Shown here: positions 55,957 through 64,000 of the stretch, one piece after another | Layout of the letters: the number at the start of each line of letters is the position of its first letter | Numbering within the stretch: the stretch's first letter is position 1 | Source of the DNA: Bacteroidales bacterium | GTDB lineage: Bacteria > Bacteroidota > Bacteroidia > Bacteroidales > VadinHA17 | Direction of reading: 5' to 3' | Assembly (NCBI GenBank): GCA_009877105.1 | Contig: WXFD01000011.1 | Span: 46,485 to 110,484 of the forward strand | DNA length: 64,000 bases | Translations under genes and position numbers: made by a program | Notes under the pieces: generated by a model | Database searches by the model: none | What the model was told of the DNA's origin: nothing | The model's input: the letters and a program-made list of their open reading frames with translations, nothing else

Positions 55957-57434
55957 AATCTTTCGCAGTCTGGATCAGATCAATCCCAATCTCATTCCTG
56001 TTGTTTGCTGCAACAGTCGTGAGCGCCCAGAACAGCCAGGTTTTGTACTTTATGGACCTTCCACAGAACCATCTTGTGAATCCCGCCCTGAGGCCATCAT
56101 GCAGGATTTATGCCGGCCTTCCCGCAATAACGGGGATCAGCCTCAATATATCAAACAGTGTTTTTAACTTTTCTGATATTTTTGCGCGGGGCCAGAAAGT
56201 ATCTGAGTCAACAATCCCCATCATTAATTCCGGTTATGACCTCGGCAGATTCATGACCAGAATAGGGAAATTCAATTATTTTGATGCCGGGACATCCCTT
56301 CAGCTTATCGGCGCAGGCTTCACCGTCAAAGATGACATTTATATATCCTTTGATATCATTGATCATTTTATGACCAGACTGGTCGTTCCCGGGGATATTT
56401 TTGAACTGGCGCTCAGGGGAAACGATAAATTTTTCGGAACAACGGTCAATCTTTCAAACTTGGATGCAGGTCTCAAATATTACCGTGAAATAGGAGGAGG
56501 TTTTTCGATGAATTTATCAGACAGGCTGAGATTCGGTGCCAGGGCAAAACTCCTCATTGGGGTTGCAGCCATGGAGCTTGATAACCATCTGCTGAATATT
56601 AATGTTGTGGATGATAACTCGCATACCTTCAATACCAATATGGCTTTAAACATCAGTGCTCCTGTTAAATTCTACCCTGTGACTGACGGCAGCTCAGGGA
56701 TTGATCGTGTGGAGTTTGAGGACGACCGGTTCGGCAGCTGGCGCGACTATGCCGGGTACCTGACCTCGTTCAGGAACATTGGATTCGGTTTGGATGCCGG
56801 TGCAGAATTCAGAGTGACAGATAGAATTTTTGCGTCCATGGCCGTTACCGACCTTGGATATATTAAATGGAAGTCGGATCTCACACGCCTGGAAACAGAA
56901 AAACAAATTGAATTCAGCGGCCTGAACATGGAGGAGGTTTACAACGGATCAGCTTCATTCGGGGAAATGGGCGAGGCAATGATCGATTCGGTAAGAAGCT
57001 CTCTCCGAATAATTGATTCCCCTGATCCCTTCTTTACCATGCTTCCTGCAGGATTAACCCTTGCCGGCAAATATGTTTTGAATGATTACCTGTCGTTCGG
57101 ACTGCTCTCATACAGCAGGCTGGCAGACAAGCGGGTAAGGGAGTCATTTACCCTTTCAGGCAACCTGAACCTTGGGGGGTTTTTTTCTGCATCACTGGCC
57201 TATACAGCATCTAACAGGAGTTATGACAATTTGGGACTGGGTCTGGCAATCCGGGGGCTGTATGCACAATTTTATTTCCTGGTCGACAGGATACCTCTGA
57301 ACTGGAGCAGCGCGGATTTCGGAGACAGTTCATTTCCGTTCCCCCACAGATGGAACATGCTTAATGTCAGGACCGGATTCAATCTGGTTTTTGGCAATAA
57401 CCGGGCGGGAAACAAGAGTAAAAATAAATTTTAA
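55953..57434 (+). CDS. Outer-membrane beta-barrel-like hypothetical protein (493 aa)
   Basis: Signal peptide ending VVSAQNSQ, then VLYFMDLPQNHLVNPAL, an N-terminal style shared with PorP/SprF-like and related barrels. The pattern of alternating strands continues throughout. There is an ATGA overlap with the upstream gene. Confidence 0.55.
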   Translation: MKSFAVWIRSIPISFLLFAATVVSAQNSQVLYFMDLPQNHLVNPALRPSCRIYAGLPAITGISLNISNSVFNFSDIFARGQKVSESTIPIINSGYDLGRFMTRIGKFNYFDAGTSLQLIGAGFTVKDDIYISFDIIDHFMTRLVVPGDIFELALRGNDKFFGTTVNLSNLDAGLKYYREIGGGFSMNLSDRLRFGARAKLLIGVAAMELDNHLLNINVVDDNSHTFNTNMALNISAPVKFYPVTDGSSGIDRVEFEDDRFGSWRDYAGYLTSFRNIGFGLDAGAEFRVTDRIFASMAVTDLGYIKWKSDLTRLETEKQIEFSGLNMEEVYNGSASFGEMGEAMIDSVRSSLRIIDSPDPFFTMLPAGLTLAGKYVLNDYLSFGLLSYSRLADKRVRESFTLSGNLNLGGFFSASLAYTASNRSYDNLGLGLAIRGLYAQFYFLVDRIPLNWSSADFGDSSFPFPHRWNMLNVRTGFNLVFGNNRAGNKSKNKF

Positions 57435-57455
57435 CCAATAAGTCAGTTACAAGAG

Positions 57456-57665
57456 ATGATTCTATTGATCCGTTTTATTTTAATAGCCATAATTATCTAT
57501 CTGCTGTTGAAATCCTTTGCCAGGTTTCTTAATTACCGTGATCCTGAAGAGGAAGATCGTACCGGATATTTCAGAGCTGACAGCAAGACGAGGGAAGTAT
57601 CGAAGAAGATAGGGGAATATGTAGATTATGAAGAGATTAAAGATGATAAGAAACGCGATGTCTAA
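57456..57665 (+). CDS. Small membrane protein (DUF4834-like, 69 aa)
   Basis: A single TM (MILLIRFILIAIIIYLLLKSFARFL) followed by a charged tail ending GEYVDYEEIKDDKK. Confidence 0.55.
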   Translation: MILLIRFILIAIIIYLLLKSFARFLNYRDPEEEDRTGYFRADSKTREVSKKIGEYVDYEEIKDDKKRDV

Positions 57666-58417
57666 TCTGGTTCTTGTTTGAGTTTTTTAGCAAGGGCATT
57701 TGCAAAAACAAAATCATTCAGTGTGTTGCAATCAGAATTCAGTATTTGATGCTTGTTTCCTTCCCAGCATTTTACACCCTCACTTATAAATACTATTTTT
57801 TCGCCGATTTCCATAACTGAATTCATGTCATGAGTATTCACGATTGTAGTCATTGAATATTCCTCTGTAATTTCTTTGATCAGTTCATCAATGAGGATGG
57901 CAGTGAGCGGATCCAGTCCCGAATTCGGCTCATCACAGAAAAGATATTTCGGGTTAAGTGAGATAGCCCTGGCAATTGCCACTCTTTTTTTCATTCCTCC
58001 TGATAATTCCGATGGAAAGAGTGTATTGGCATTGAGAATATTAACTCTTTTCAGGCAGAAATTTACACGTTCGGTCTTCTCTTCCAGGCTTTTTTCGGTA
58101 AACATGTCAAGGGGAAAACGGACATTCTGCTCCACGGTCAGGGAGTCAAACAGGGCACTTCCCTGGAAAAGCATTCCCATTTCCTTCCTTATCTCCTTCT
58201 TTCCTTCAAAATCAAGTTTGTTGAAAAGTATATCATTGTACCATATCTCACCGCTGTCGATCTCATTGAGCCCGACGATTGATTTAAGCAATACGGTTTT
58301 GCCTGAGCCGCTTCTTCCGATTATCAGGTTTGTCTTACCTGGTTCAAAAGTGACAGAAATGTCAGTCAGGACAGTTTTCCCGTTAAATGATTTATTCAGG
58401 TTGTTGATCCTAATCAT
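57662..58417 (-). CDS. ABC transporter ATP-binding protein, MlaF-like
   Basis: GRSGSGKTVLLK, LSGGMKKRVAIARA and LFCDEPNSGLDP. Confidence 0.85.
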   Translation of the reverse strand: MIRINNLNKSFNGKTVLTDISVTFEPGKTNLIIGRSGSGKTVLLKSIVGLNEIDSGEIWYNDILFNKLDFEGKKEIRKEMGMLFQGSALFDSLTVEQNVRFPLDMFTEKSLEEKTERVNFCLKRVNILNANTLFPSELSGGMKKRVAIARAISLNPKYLFCDEPNSGLDPLTAILIDELIKEITEEYSMTTIVNTHDMNSVMEIGEKIVFISEGVKCWEGNKHQILNSDCNTLNDFVFANALAKKLKQEPD

Positions 58418-59157
58418 GAGAGCAGGAGTTGCGTGAGGATTACATTAAACAGGAGGATAAGGACGCTGCTGAAAACAACGGCTTTGGTGCTTGCCCGTCC
58501 GACTTCAAGTGATCCTCCTTCAACATAATAACCCTGAAAACCGGAAACGCTTGTTATTATGAATGCGAAAAAGAGTGTTTTTATCAGGGCATAGGTTATG
58601 TAATAGGGGATGAATGCATACTGGATCCCGTAAATGAAATCCTCTGATGTGATTACTCCTGACATTGTACCGGCCATCCATCCTCCCAGGATACCCACGT
58701 TTATACTGATCAGTGTCAGGAAGGGATTGAATGCAAGAGCTGCAATTATTTTAGGAAGTATCAGGTACGATGCTGAGTTGACTCCCATAATCTCAAGTGC
58801 GTCTATTTGCTCGGTAACCCTCATGGTTCCAATTTCTGAGGCAATGTTTGACCCGACTTTTCCGGCAAGGATGAGCGCAACGATCGTCGAGGAAAATTCG
58901 AGCAGTATTGAGTCCCTGCAGCCAAGTCCTATCAGGTAAGTCGGATAAATCGGATTCTCCGTATTATAGGCTGTCTGCAGGGTAATTACCGCACCCATGA
59001 AAAATGAAATGATCGTTACAATGCCTATTGAGTTCACTCCCAGTGAAACAAGTTCATGCATTGTCTGCTTATAGTAGACCGATGCTTTTTCCGGTCTTGA
59101 AAAGACTTTTTTTAGAAGCAGGAAATAACTGCCCAGCTGGTTAAAAAACCTAAACAT
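58414..59157 (-). CDS. ABC transporter permease, MlaE-like
   Basis: 247-aa polytopic protein (..EIGTMRVTEQIDALEIMG..), a hallmark of the MlaE family. It overlaps the ATPase gene by 4 nt. Confidence 0.8.
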   Translation of the reverse strand: MFRFFNQLGSYFLLLKKVFSRPEKASVYYKQTMHELVSLGVNSIGIVTIISFFMGAVITLQTAYNTENPIYPTYLIGLGCRDSILLEFSSTIVALILAGKVGSNIASEIGTMRVTEQIDALEIMGVNSASYLILPKIIAALAFNPFLTLISINVGILGGWMAGTMSGVITSEDFIYGIQYAFIPYYITYALIKTLFFAFIITSVSGFQGYYVEGGSLEVGRASTKAVVFSSVLILLFNVILTQLLLS

Positions 59158-59243
59158 CTTCAGTTTTTATGAGGTTTTAAAATTACGAATATTTATGCTA
59201 TTTCCCTCATGGATGTATAAAAGGGAATAAATCAAAATATATA

Positions 59244-59251
59244 TATATTTG
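59244..59251 (+). promoter_or_regulatory. -7 box (TAtaTTTG) for the guanylyltransferase gene
   Basis: tatatttg lies 29 nt upstream of the ATG at 59281. Confidence 0.4.
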
Positions 59252-59280
59252 CGGAACAGTATCAAGATAATAACTTTTTC

Positions 59281-60366
59281 ATGGACAACAGGTATGTGAT
59301 CATAATGGCCGGTGGAGTAGGAAGCCGGTTCTGGCCGCTTAGCCGTCAAAGCAAGCCCAAGCAGTTTCTGGATATCCTCGGAACGGGAGAAACCCTGCTT
59401 CAACAGACATTCAGGCGATTCAGTGCTTCCTGCAGGAAAGAGAATATTTTCGTTGTAACCGGTATGGAACACCAAGGCCTGGTTGCCGAGCAGCTTGATA
59501 TAAATCCTGAAAATATACTGGCCGAGCCTTTCAGGAGAAATACTGCCCCGTGCCTCGCATACGGAACATTCAGGATTATGCGTGAGAACCCGGAGGCCGT
59601 GATAGTCGTGACACCTGCCGATCATCTCATAATTAAGGAAGATGAGTTTTGTGAAGTTATAAATAAGGCCTTTGACTTTGCCTCGAAGAATGATGCATTG
59701 CTGACGCTGGGAATAAAACCTGACCGCCCGGAGACAGGGTACGGATATATCCAGGCTGACCGGAAAAAACCGGTCAGGGATTATGAGAACCTGCTAAGGG
59801 TGAAAACATTTACCGAAAAACCGGATATTGAACTTGCCAGGGTTTTCATACAGAGTGGTGATTTTTACTGGAATTCCGGAATATTCATCTGGAACATGAA
59901 GTCAATTCTTGCAGCGTTTGAAAAACATCTTCCCGATATGTTTTCAGCCTTTAACGAAGGCAGGGATCTGTACGGAACTGAGGAGGAAAAGAAATTCATC
60001 GGAAAAACATATATTGAATGCAAGAGTATCTCCATCGATTACGGGATCATGGAGAAGGCTGACAATGTTTATGTTATCTGTACTGATATGGGGTGGTCCG
60101 ATCTTGGGACCTGGAGTTCGCTGCATGAACATTCGAAGATAGACAGCAGAGGCAACTCCATTGTCAGGGGTGAGGTGTTTACCTATGATACCAGAGGCAA
60201 TATCTTTAACGTGTCGGATGGTAAGGTTGCAGTTATTCAGGGCCTCCAGGACTTTATCGTGGTTGATTCGGATGATGTTCTACTCATCGTTAGAAAGGAT
60301 GAAGAACAGAACATCAAAAACTATCTTGAGGACGTGAGAAAAGCTTCAGGCGACAAGTTCCAATAA
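59281..60366 (+). CDS. Mannose-1-phosphate guanylyltransferase (nucleotidyltransferase domain only)
   Basis: VIIMAGGVGSRFWPLSR...PKQFL, GYGYIQ, and DMGWSDLGTWSSL. Confidence 0.85.
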   Translation: MDNRYVIIMAGGVGSRFWPLSRQSKPKQFLDILGTGETLLQQTFRRFSASCRKENIFVVTGMEHQGLVAEQLDINPENILAEPFRRNTAPCLAYGTFRIMRENPEAVIVVTPADHLIIKEDEFCEVINKAFDFASKNDALLTLGIKPDRPETGYGYIQADRKKPVRDYENLLRVKTFTEKPDIELARVFIQSGDFYWNSGIFIWNMKSILAAFEKHLPDMFSAFNEGRDLYGTEEEKKFIGKTYIECKSISIDYGIMEKADNVYVICTDMGWSDLGTWSSLHEHSKIDSRGNSIVRGEVFTYDTRGNIFNVSDGKVAVIQGLQDFIVVDSDDVLLIVRKDEEQNIKNYLEDVRKASGDKFQ

Positions 60367-60375
60367 AAATCCGTA

Positions 60376-61200
60376 TCAGAACTCCCAAAGATCGTGTTCG
60401 AAATTGAAAAGTTCGGTTTTGATCCTTTCTGCTTCAAATAGTGTGTATTTGCCTACCGTATAGTCATTTATCTGCCTGTCGTCAAAAACGTTTGATTCCC
60501 CGAAAATCACGCTGCCGAATCTCCTCTGCATGAAAAGATCATCGAATGAAATTCTCTGGGCATCATTGTTTGCAATAAAGGCTTCATGTTTGGCCAGAAC
60601 ATCCCTGATGTCATCATATTTTATCCAGAACAAGGGTTTCCGAAGGGCGCGTCCCATTTCCTGATCAAAGCCCATCCAGTAGGGCATGATGCCAATGATC
60701 CTTACGTCGAGTTTTGACAGTTTCTTGTCGAAATACCATTCCTCATATACGAGTAGTTGTTTTACTTCTTCGGGTTTGGCATCCTCGGTGATGGTGGTAT
60801 CTTTCGTTGCTCCCTCGGCATTTATCTGGATCGACTGGACTCTTGTGGTTGCACCCATATTCGTCTCAATCTCATCGTAAGTGGTTGGGATGTTTGAATC
60901 TATGGCTGAAAATGCCTTTACTCGTCCGTTCTCAATTTCTTCCAGGAGGATTGCAATAAGGCTTTTTCTTCCGTCCTGCGTCACTTTTGTCGGATAGTAC
61001 AGCGGCTGATTAATTTTTTCCCTTAAGTCAATAAGGCGCCAGATCTTTTTCGACCATATTACATCGGCTTCCCTGAGATATGGATAGTTAATCTTCTTGT
61101 TGTCAACTATTGATTTCTGGTAAATATCGCCAAACGACTGGGCATTTGCCAACCCGCATATTGCAAAAGCGATGATTCCAAAAAAGACTTTTTTATTCAT
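60376..61200 (-). CDS. gldN: Gliding motility / T9SS protein GldN
   Basis: Signal peptide plus ..[32 protein letters not shown].., which matches the conserved GldN N-terminal region. It is the last gene of a gldKLMN arrangement. Confidence 0.85.
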   Translation of the reverse strand: MNKKVFFGIIAFAICGLANAQSFGDIYQKSIVDNKKINYPYLREADVIWSKKIWRLIDLREKINQPLYYPTKVTQDGRKSLIAILLEEIENGRVKAFSAIDSNIPTTYDEIETNMGATTRVQSIQINAEGATKDTTITEDAKPEEVKQLLVYEEWYFDKKLSKLDVRIIGIMPYWMGFDQEMGRALRKPLFWIKYDDIRDVLAKHEAFIANNDAQRISFDDLFMQRRFGSVIFGESNVFDDRQINDYTVGKYTLFEAERIKTELFNFEHDLWEF

Positions 61201-61218
61201 TGTTTTACAATTTATTAG

Positions 61219-62814
61219 CTAGTCAATCTTTAATATTATCGGATTGAGGTCAAGAGTCCTTCCATCCGGTCCAAGGGCTTTAATGTCCTTGATAAACAAG
61301 TTCTTTCCCCTGGTCAGTCTGTTTATGAGGTTCTTCTGGTCAGGTGTAAGCAGATTGCTGGTACTCTTTTCCTCAAAGTCGCCCCTGTTATCGGTATACA
61401 GGACTGTGAAGCCAGTGACTCTGTATACGAGGTCAAAATCAAAGTCGGGCTGGGTGGCGAAAACGCCTGTTTGTGCAGCTGCCGTATTTTTTGGTACCGT
61501 TCCGGTATTCTTGCCGGCAAAAACTGCAATTGGAGGCGGGATTGGTTTAACCCTGAATTCGATAGGCGGGTAGGTTGTGAGTTTTCCTCCAGCGTCAGCT
61601 GAAACTATTACCTGTACTGGTTGACCTATGGCTGCTGGCTTGACCGCCCAGTTGCCCCTGAAGTATACACCCTTGGGATTCTTGACCCTGGTTGTGGTGA
61701 AGGATCCGTTTACCACTTTTATTCTGATGTTGTTAGGGCTGACACCCGGAACAGATACATCAATGGGATTGTCTATACCGTAATACATCACGTTCATTGC
61801 CGTGGGTGAAACGACCACATTGGGTTCTCCGACAGTATATGATGATTTGAAGTCAAAAGTCTTTGTTGAACCGTCGGGAGCCTTAAGTGATATTATGCCT
61901 CCCCACGTTTTCTGACCCGTAGAGGTTGCCCTGACCTTGTAAATGCCCCTTCCTGCATCGTCAAGGGGCAGTACGGTTCCGTTTACCGTAATATTGGGCG
62001 ATTGGGTTGTATCAGCCGCAGATATGAATACGGTCGCTTCATAATCGCTACCCAGTGTGACATAGTTGGTGTTGGGTATGACTATCGGTACCAGCTTGTT
62101 GAATTTGAATGCAGCAGCATCGATCTGTGAATACAGGTGATTAAGTATTTCTGTTTCTGCATTTCTGACGTCAACCTGCATCTTGGAAAGTATTGTGATC
62201 GCTGCAACGAGAGGAAGGGTCTGGAATGTCAGGTTTTCCCACCTGGCGGGTTGCCCGTCGGGATCGCGGCCGTCGTCCGTATTCAGGCTTTTGCGCAGAG
62301 CTTCTTCTGCCGTTGGATTCTTGTCATCGAGAGTGCTTATAAGAAACTCACGGTAATCATTTATGAGTGCCTTGAGAATATTTGCCTTGCCACCTTCACT
62401 TGCGCCGATGAGTACTTCGGAAGGAATGTTGTTTTCATCTATTTTCTTCACTTCCTCGATAAATACTTCATTCCCTTTTATTGCAGGAGTCTCCGGGCCT
62501 TCAGCCTTGGTTATTATTTCAATTTTCAGATCCTGGATATAATTGTATAATTCGTCAGCACGCGTTTTGACTTCATAAGCCGTAGTCTTGAACTTACCTG
62601 CCTTGGTCGGATTTTCTGCAGCGGCCCTGTCAAACTCACTGTATAACATGTTGTTCTTAATAACATAGTTTGCAAGAGTCGTGGTAAGGCTCTTGTCTAC
62701 TTTTTTAAAAGCTTCAACGGCTTCTTTTGACACGTTAAGTGCAAGCATGGCGGTAAGAATCAGATACATCATACCGATCATTTTTTGCCGTGGAGACAGC
62801 CTCTCGTGAGCCAT
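61219..62814 (-). CDS. gldM: Gliding motility / T9SS protein GldM (PorM)
   Basis: MAHERLSPRQKMIGMMYLILTAMLALNVSKEAV is the signature GldM N-terminus with its single TM. 531 aa. Confidence 0.9.
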   Translation of the reverse strand: MAHERLSPRQKMIGMMYLILTAMLALNVSKEAVEAFKKVDKSLTTTLANYVIKNNMLYSEFDRAAAENPTKAGKFKTTAYEVKTRADELYNYIQDLKIEIITKAEGPETPAIKGNEVFIEEVKKIDENNIPSEVLIGASEGGKANILKALINDYREFLISTLDDKNPTAEEALRKSLNTDDGRDPDGQPARWENLTFQTLPLVAAITILSKMQVDVRNAETEILNHLYSQIDAAAFKFNKLVPIVIPNTNYVTLGSDYEATVFISAADTTQSPNITVNGTVLPLDDAGRGIYKVRATSTGQKTWGGIISLKAPDGSTKTFDFKSSYTVGEPNVVVSPTAMNVMYYGIDNPIDVSVPGVSPNNIRIKVVNGSFTTTRVKNPKGVYFRGNWAVKPAAIGQPVQVIVSADAGGKLTTYPPIEFRVKPIPPPIAVFAGKNTGTVPKNTAAAQTGVFATQPDFDFDLVYRVTGFTVLYTDNRGDFEEKSTSNLLTPDQKNLINRLTRGKNLFIKDIKALGPDGRTLDLNPIILKID

Positions 62815-62849
62815 TTTTCAGGTTGTTTTATTTTTTACTTCAAGTGTAA

Positions 62850-63794
62850 TTATTTGACGTTCATTGCAGCAAGCATGTTCCCGTAAACATTGTTGAGTGC
62901 TGTCAGATTGTCATTTAATTTTGCAATTTGCTCGCGGTATCTGCTTGCATCGCCCGCGGAATCACTAAGATCCTTAATTAATCCCTGGATGCCTTTCTGA
63001 AGGCGTTCGGATTCTTTTATATGTTCATCGGCTCCCTTGCGCTGGAGTTCATAAACTGCGTTAAGTGCCGAAAGGTTTTTATTAAGTGTTTCAAGCTGCT
63101 GATGATAGTTTTTTCCTCCTGTATCAATGAAAGATACAGTTTCAGCCATTTTTCCATAAACAAGCTGGGTGTCATTTATTGTTTTGGAAGCTGCCTGGTA
63201 GGTTTCCGATAATCTGTTAAGCGATTCGTTGGCTGCATGTATGGTATTCATATATTTTGCGGATGCAGCCGAAATATCACCCATTACATTAATGTTTGAT
63301 GTTGCTTCGCTTAGCTTTTGCATTCCGACGCCGAGCTTCTGGAAAAGTTCAGGTGTGATTTCTGCTTTTTCCAGCATTTCGTCGAACTTTGAAAGTGCGA
63401 CTGAACCGCCGCCACCGCCGTAACCGCCACCGCCGTAACCGCCACCGGAGTATCCGCCTCCGGATATACCTCCTCCAACTGCATATCCGCCACCGGCATG
63501 TCCGCCCTGATATTTGGAATCGCGGGCACCCAATGCACCCGGTTCATCGTTAGGAATGCCGGCCAGTTCAGGATATACCAGTGTCCAGTCAACCTCTTCA
63601 TGAAGCGGTTCAAATGCTGAAAAGAAGAATATTATTGATTCTGTGCAAAGGCCTACGGTAAGCATCAAGCCTGCCAGTGGCCAGTGCTGTATTTTGAAGA
63701 GAGCTCCGATGATTACGATAGAAGCACCTAAACCGTAAAGCTTGGCCATGAAATTCTTCCATCCGCTGCTTTGTACTAATTCTGCTAAGCTCAT
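62850..63794 (-). CDS. gldL: Gliding motility / T9SS protein GldL (PorL), with a Gly/Tyr-rich insert
   Basis: GWKNFMAKLYGLGASIVIIGALFKIQHWP...TESIIFFFSAFEP, the two-TM GldL N-terminus with the conserved Glu. The C-terminal part is a coiled-coil-like region. Confidence 0.88.
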   Translation of the reverse strand: MSLAELVQSSGWKNFMAKLYGLGASIVIIGALFKIQHWPLAGLMLTVGLCTESIIFFFSAFEPLHEEVDWTLVYPELAGIPNDEPGALGARDSKYQGGHAGGGYAVGGGISGGGYSGGGYGGGGYGGGGGSVALSKFDEMLEKAEITPELFQKLGVGMQKLSEATSNINVMGDISAASAKYMNTIHAANESLNRLSETYQAASKTINDTQLVYGKMAETVSFIDTGGKNYHQQLETLNKNLSALNAVYELQRKGADEHIKESERLQKGIQGLIKDLSDSAGDASRYREQIAKLNDNLTALNNVYGNMLAAMNVK

Positions 63795-63851
63795 TATCAG
63801 TTGTTTTTAAGATTTTATTTTACTTGATATTCTCTGCTTTGAATAATTTTT

Positions 63852-64000
63852 TTAATGATTCACCCCAATATAGGATCTTACATTGCGAAATCCTATGTAA
63901 GACTTTGTTGAATCCTGATATTCATAATCACGCGTGCTTGTCTGTAAAAAGTATGCTATATCCTTCCATGACCCTCCCCTGATTACCTTTCGCTTCATAA
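63852..64000 (-). CDS. gldK: GldK (PorK) C-terminal fragment, cut by window edge
   Basis: Hand translation of the minus strand gives ..KVIRGGSWKDIAYFLQTSTRDYEYQDSTKSYIGFRNVRSYIGVNH-stop (TAA at 63852-63854). RGGSW....R......IGFR is the end of the FGE-sulfatase-like fold of GldK. It lies directly upstream of gldL. Confidence 0.8.
   Translation of the reverse strand, partial: MKRKVIRGGSWKDIAYFLQTSTRDYEYQDSTKSYIGFRNVRSYIGVNH

Overview
Bacteroidota chromosomal segment. Supporting evidence: gldK-L-M-N gliding/T9SS core genes, a T9SS type-B C-terminal sorting domain, TAnnTTTG -7 promoter boxes about 20-35 nt upstream of many start codons, and rpoN. The window has three parts. (1) nt 2-11005 is the 3' 11 kb of a giant, repeat-built SprB-like surface adhesin. 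It is 5'-truncated by the window edge. It contains ~5 x 101-aa repeats, Ig-like modules, ~15 x 83-aa Cys-containing SprB-type repeats, 5 PKD domains and a type-B T9SS CTD. (2) nt ~11.0-19.3 kb looks accessory. It holds a lipoprotein gene with an internal compositional break, two small AT-rich beta-barrel OMP genes, and a 0.9-kb non-coding GC-rich stretch with a duplicated module and long hairpins. It also holds a five-gene minus-strand operon: PqqD-like RRE, HPr-kinase-like kinase, soluble Ser/His S26-type peptidase, ABC exporter and a small HTH protein. I read this operon as a cyclase-less, kinase-centred RiPP-like system, and it is the best candidate for something undescribed. A 41-aa ORF ending in Ser lies between the peptidase and exporter genes. 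(3) nt 19.3-64 kb is mostly housekeeping. It contains rnr, ispG, cysS, a SAM-I riboswitch-led metY-hom-metH-metF operon, metK, gldA, asnS, rpoN, an rbfA/LolE-type operon, trpS, MlaEF-like genes, a mannose-1-P guanylyltransferase gene and gldKLMN. Interspersed are a Tat-signal DUF362-like gene plus two large secreted unknowns, and a 889-aa/493-aa envelope gene pair. I saw no rRNA, tRNA, CRISPR array, transposase or integrase. All calls come from reading the translations and the DNA by eye; no database search was run.
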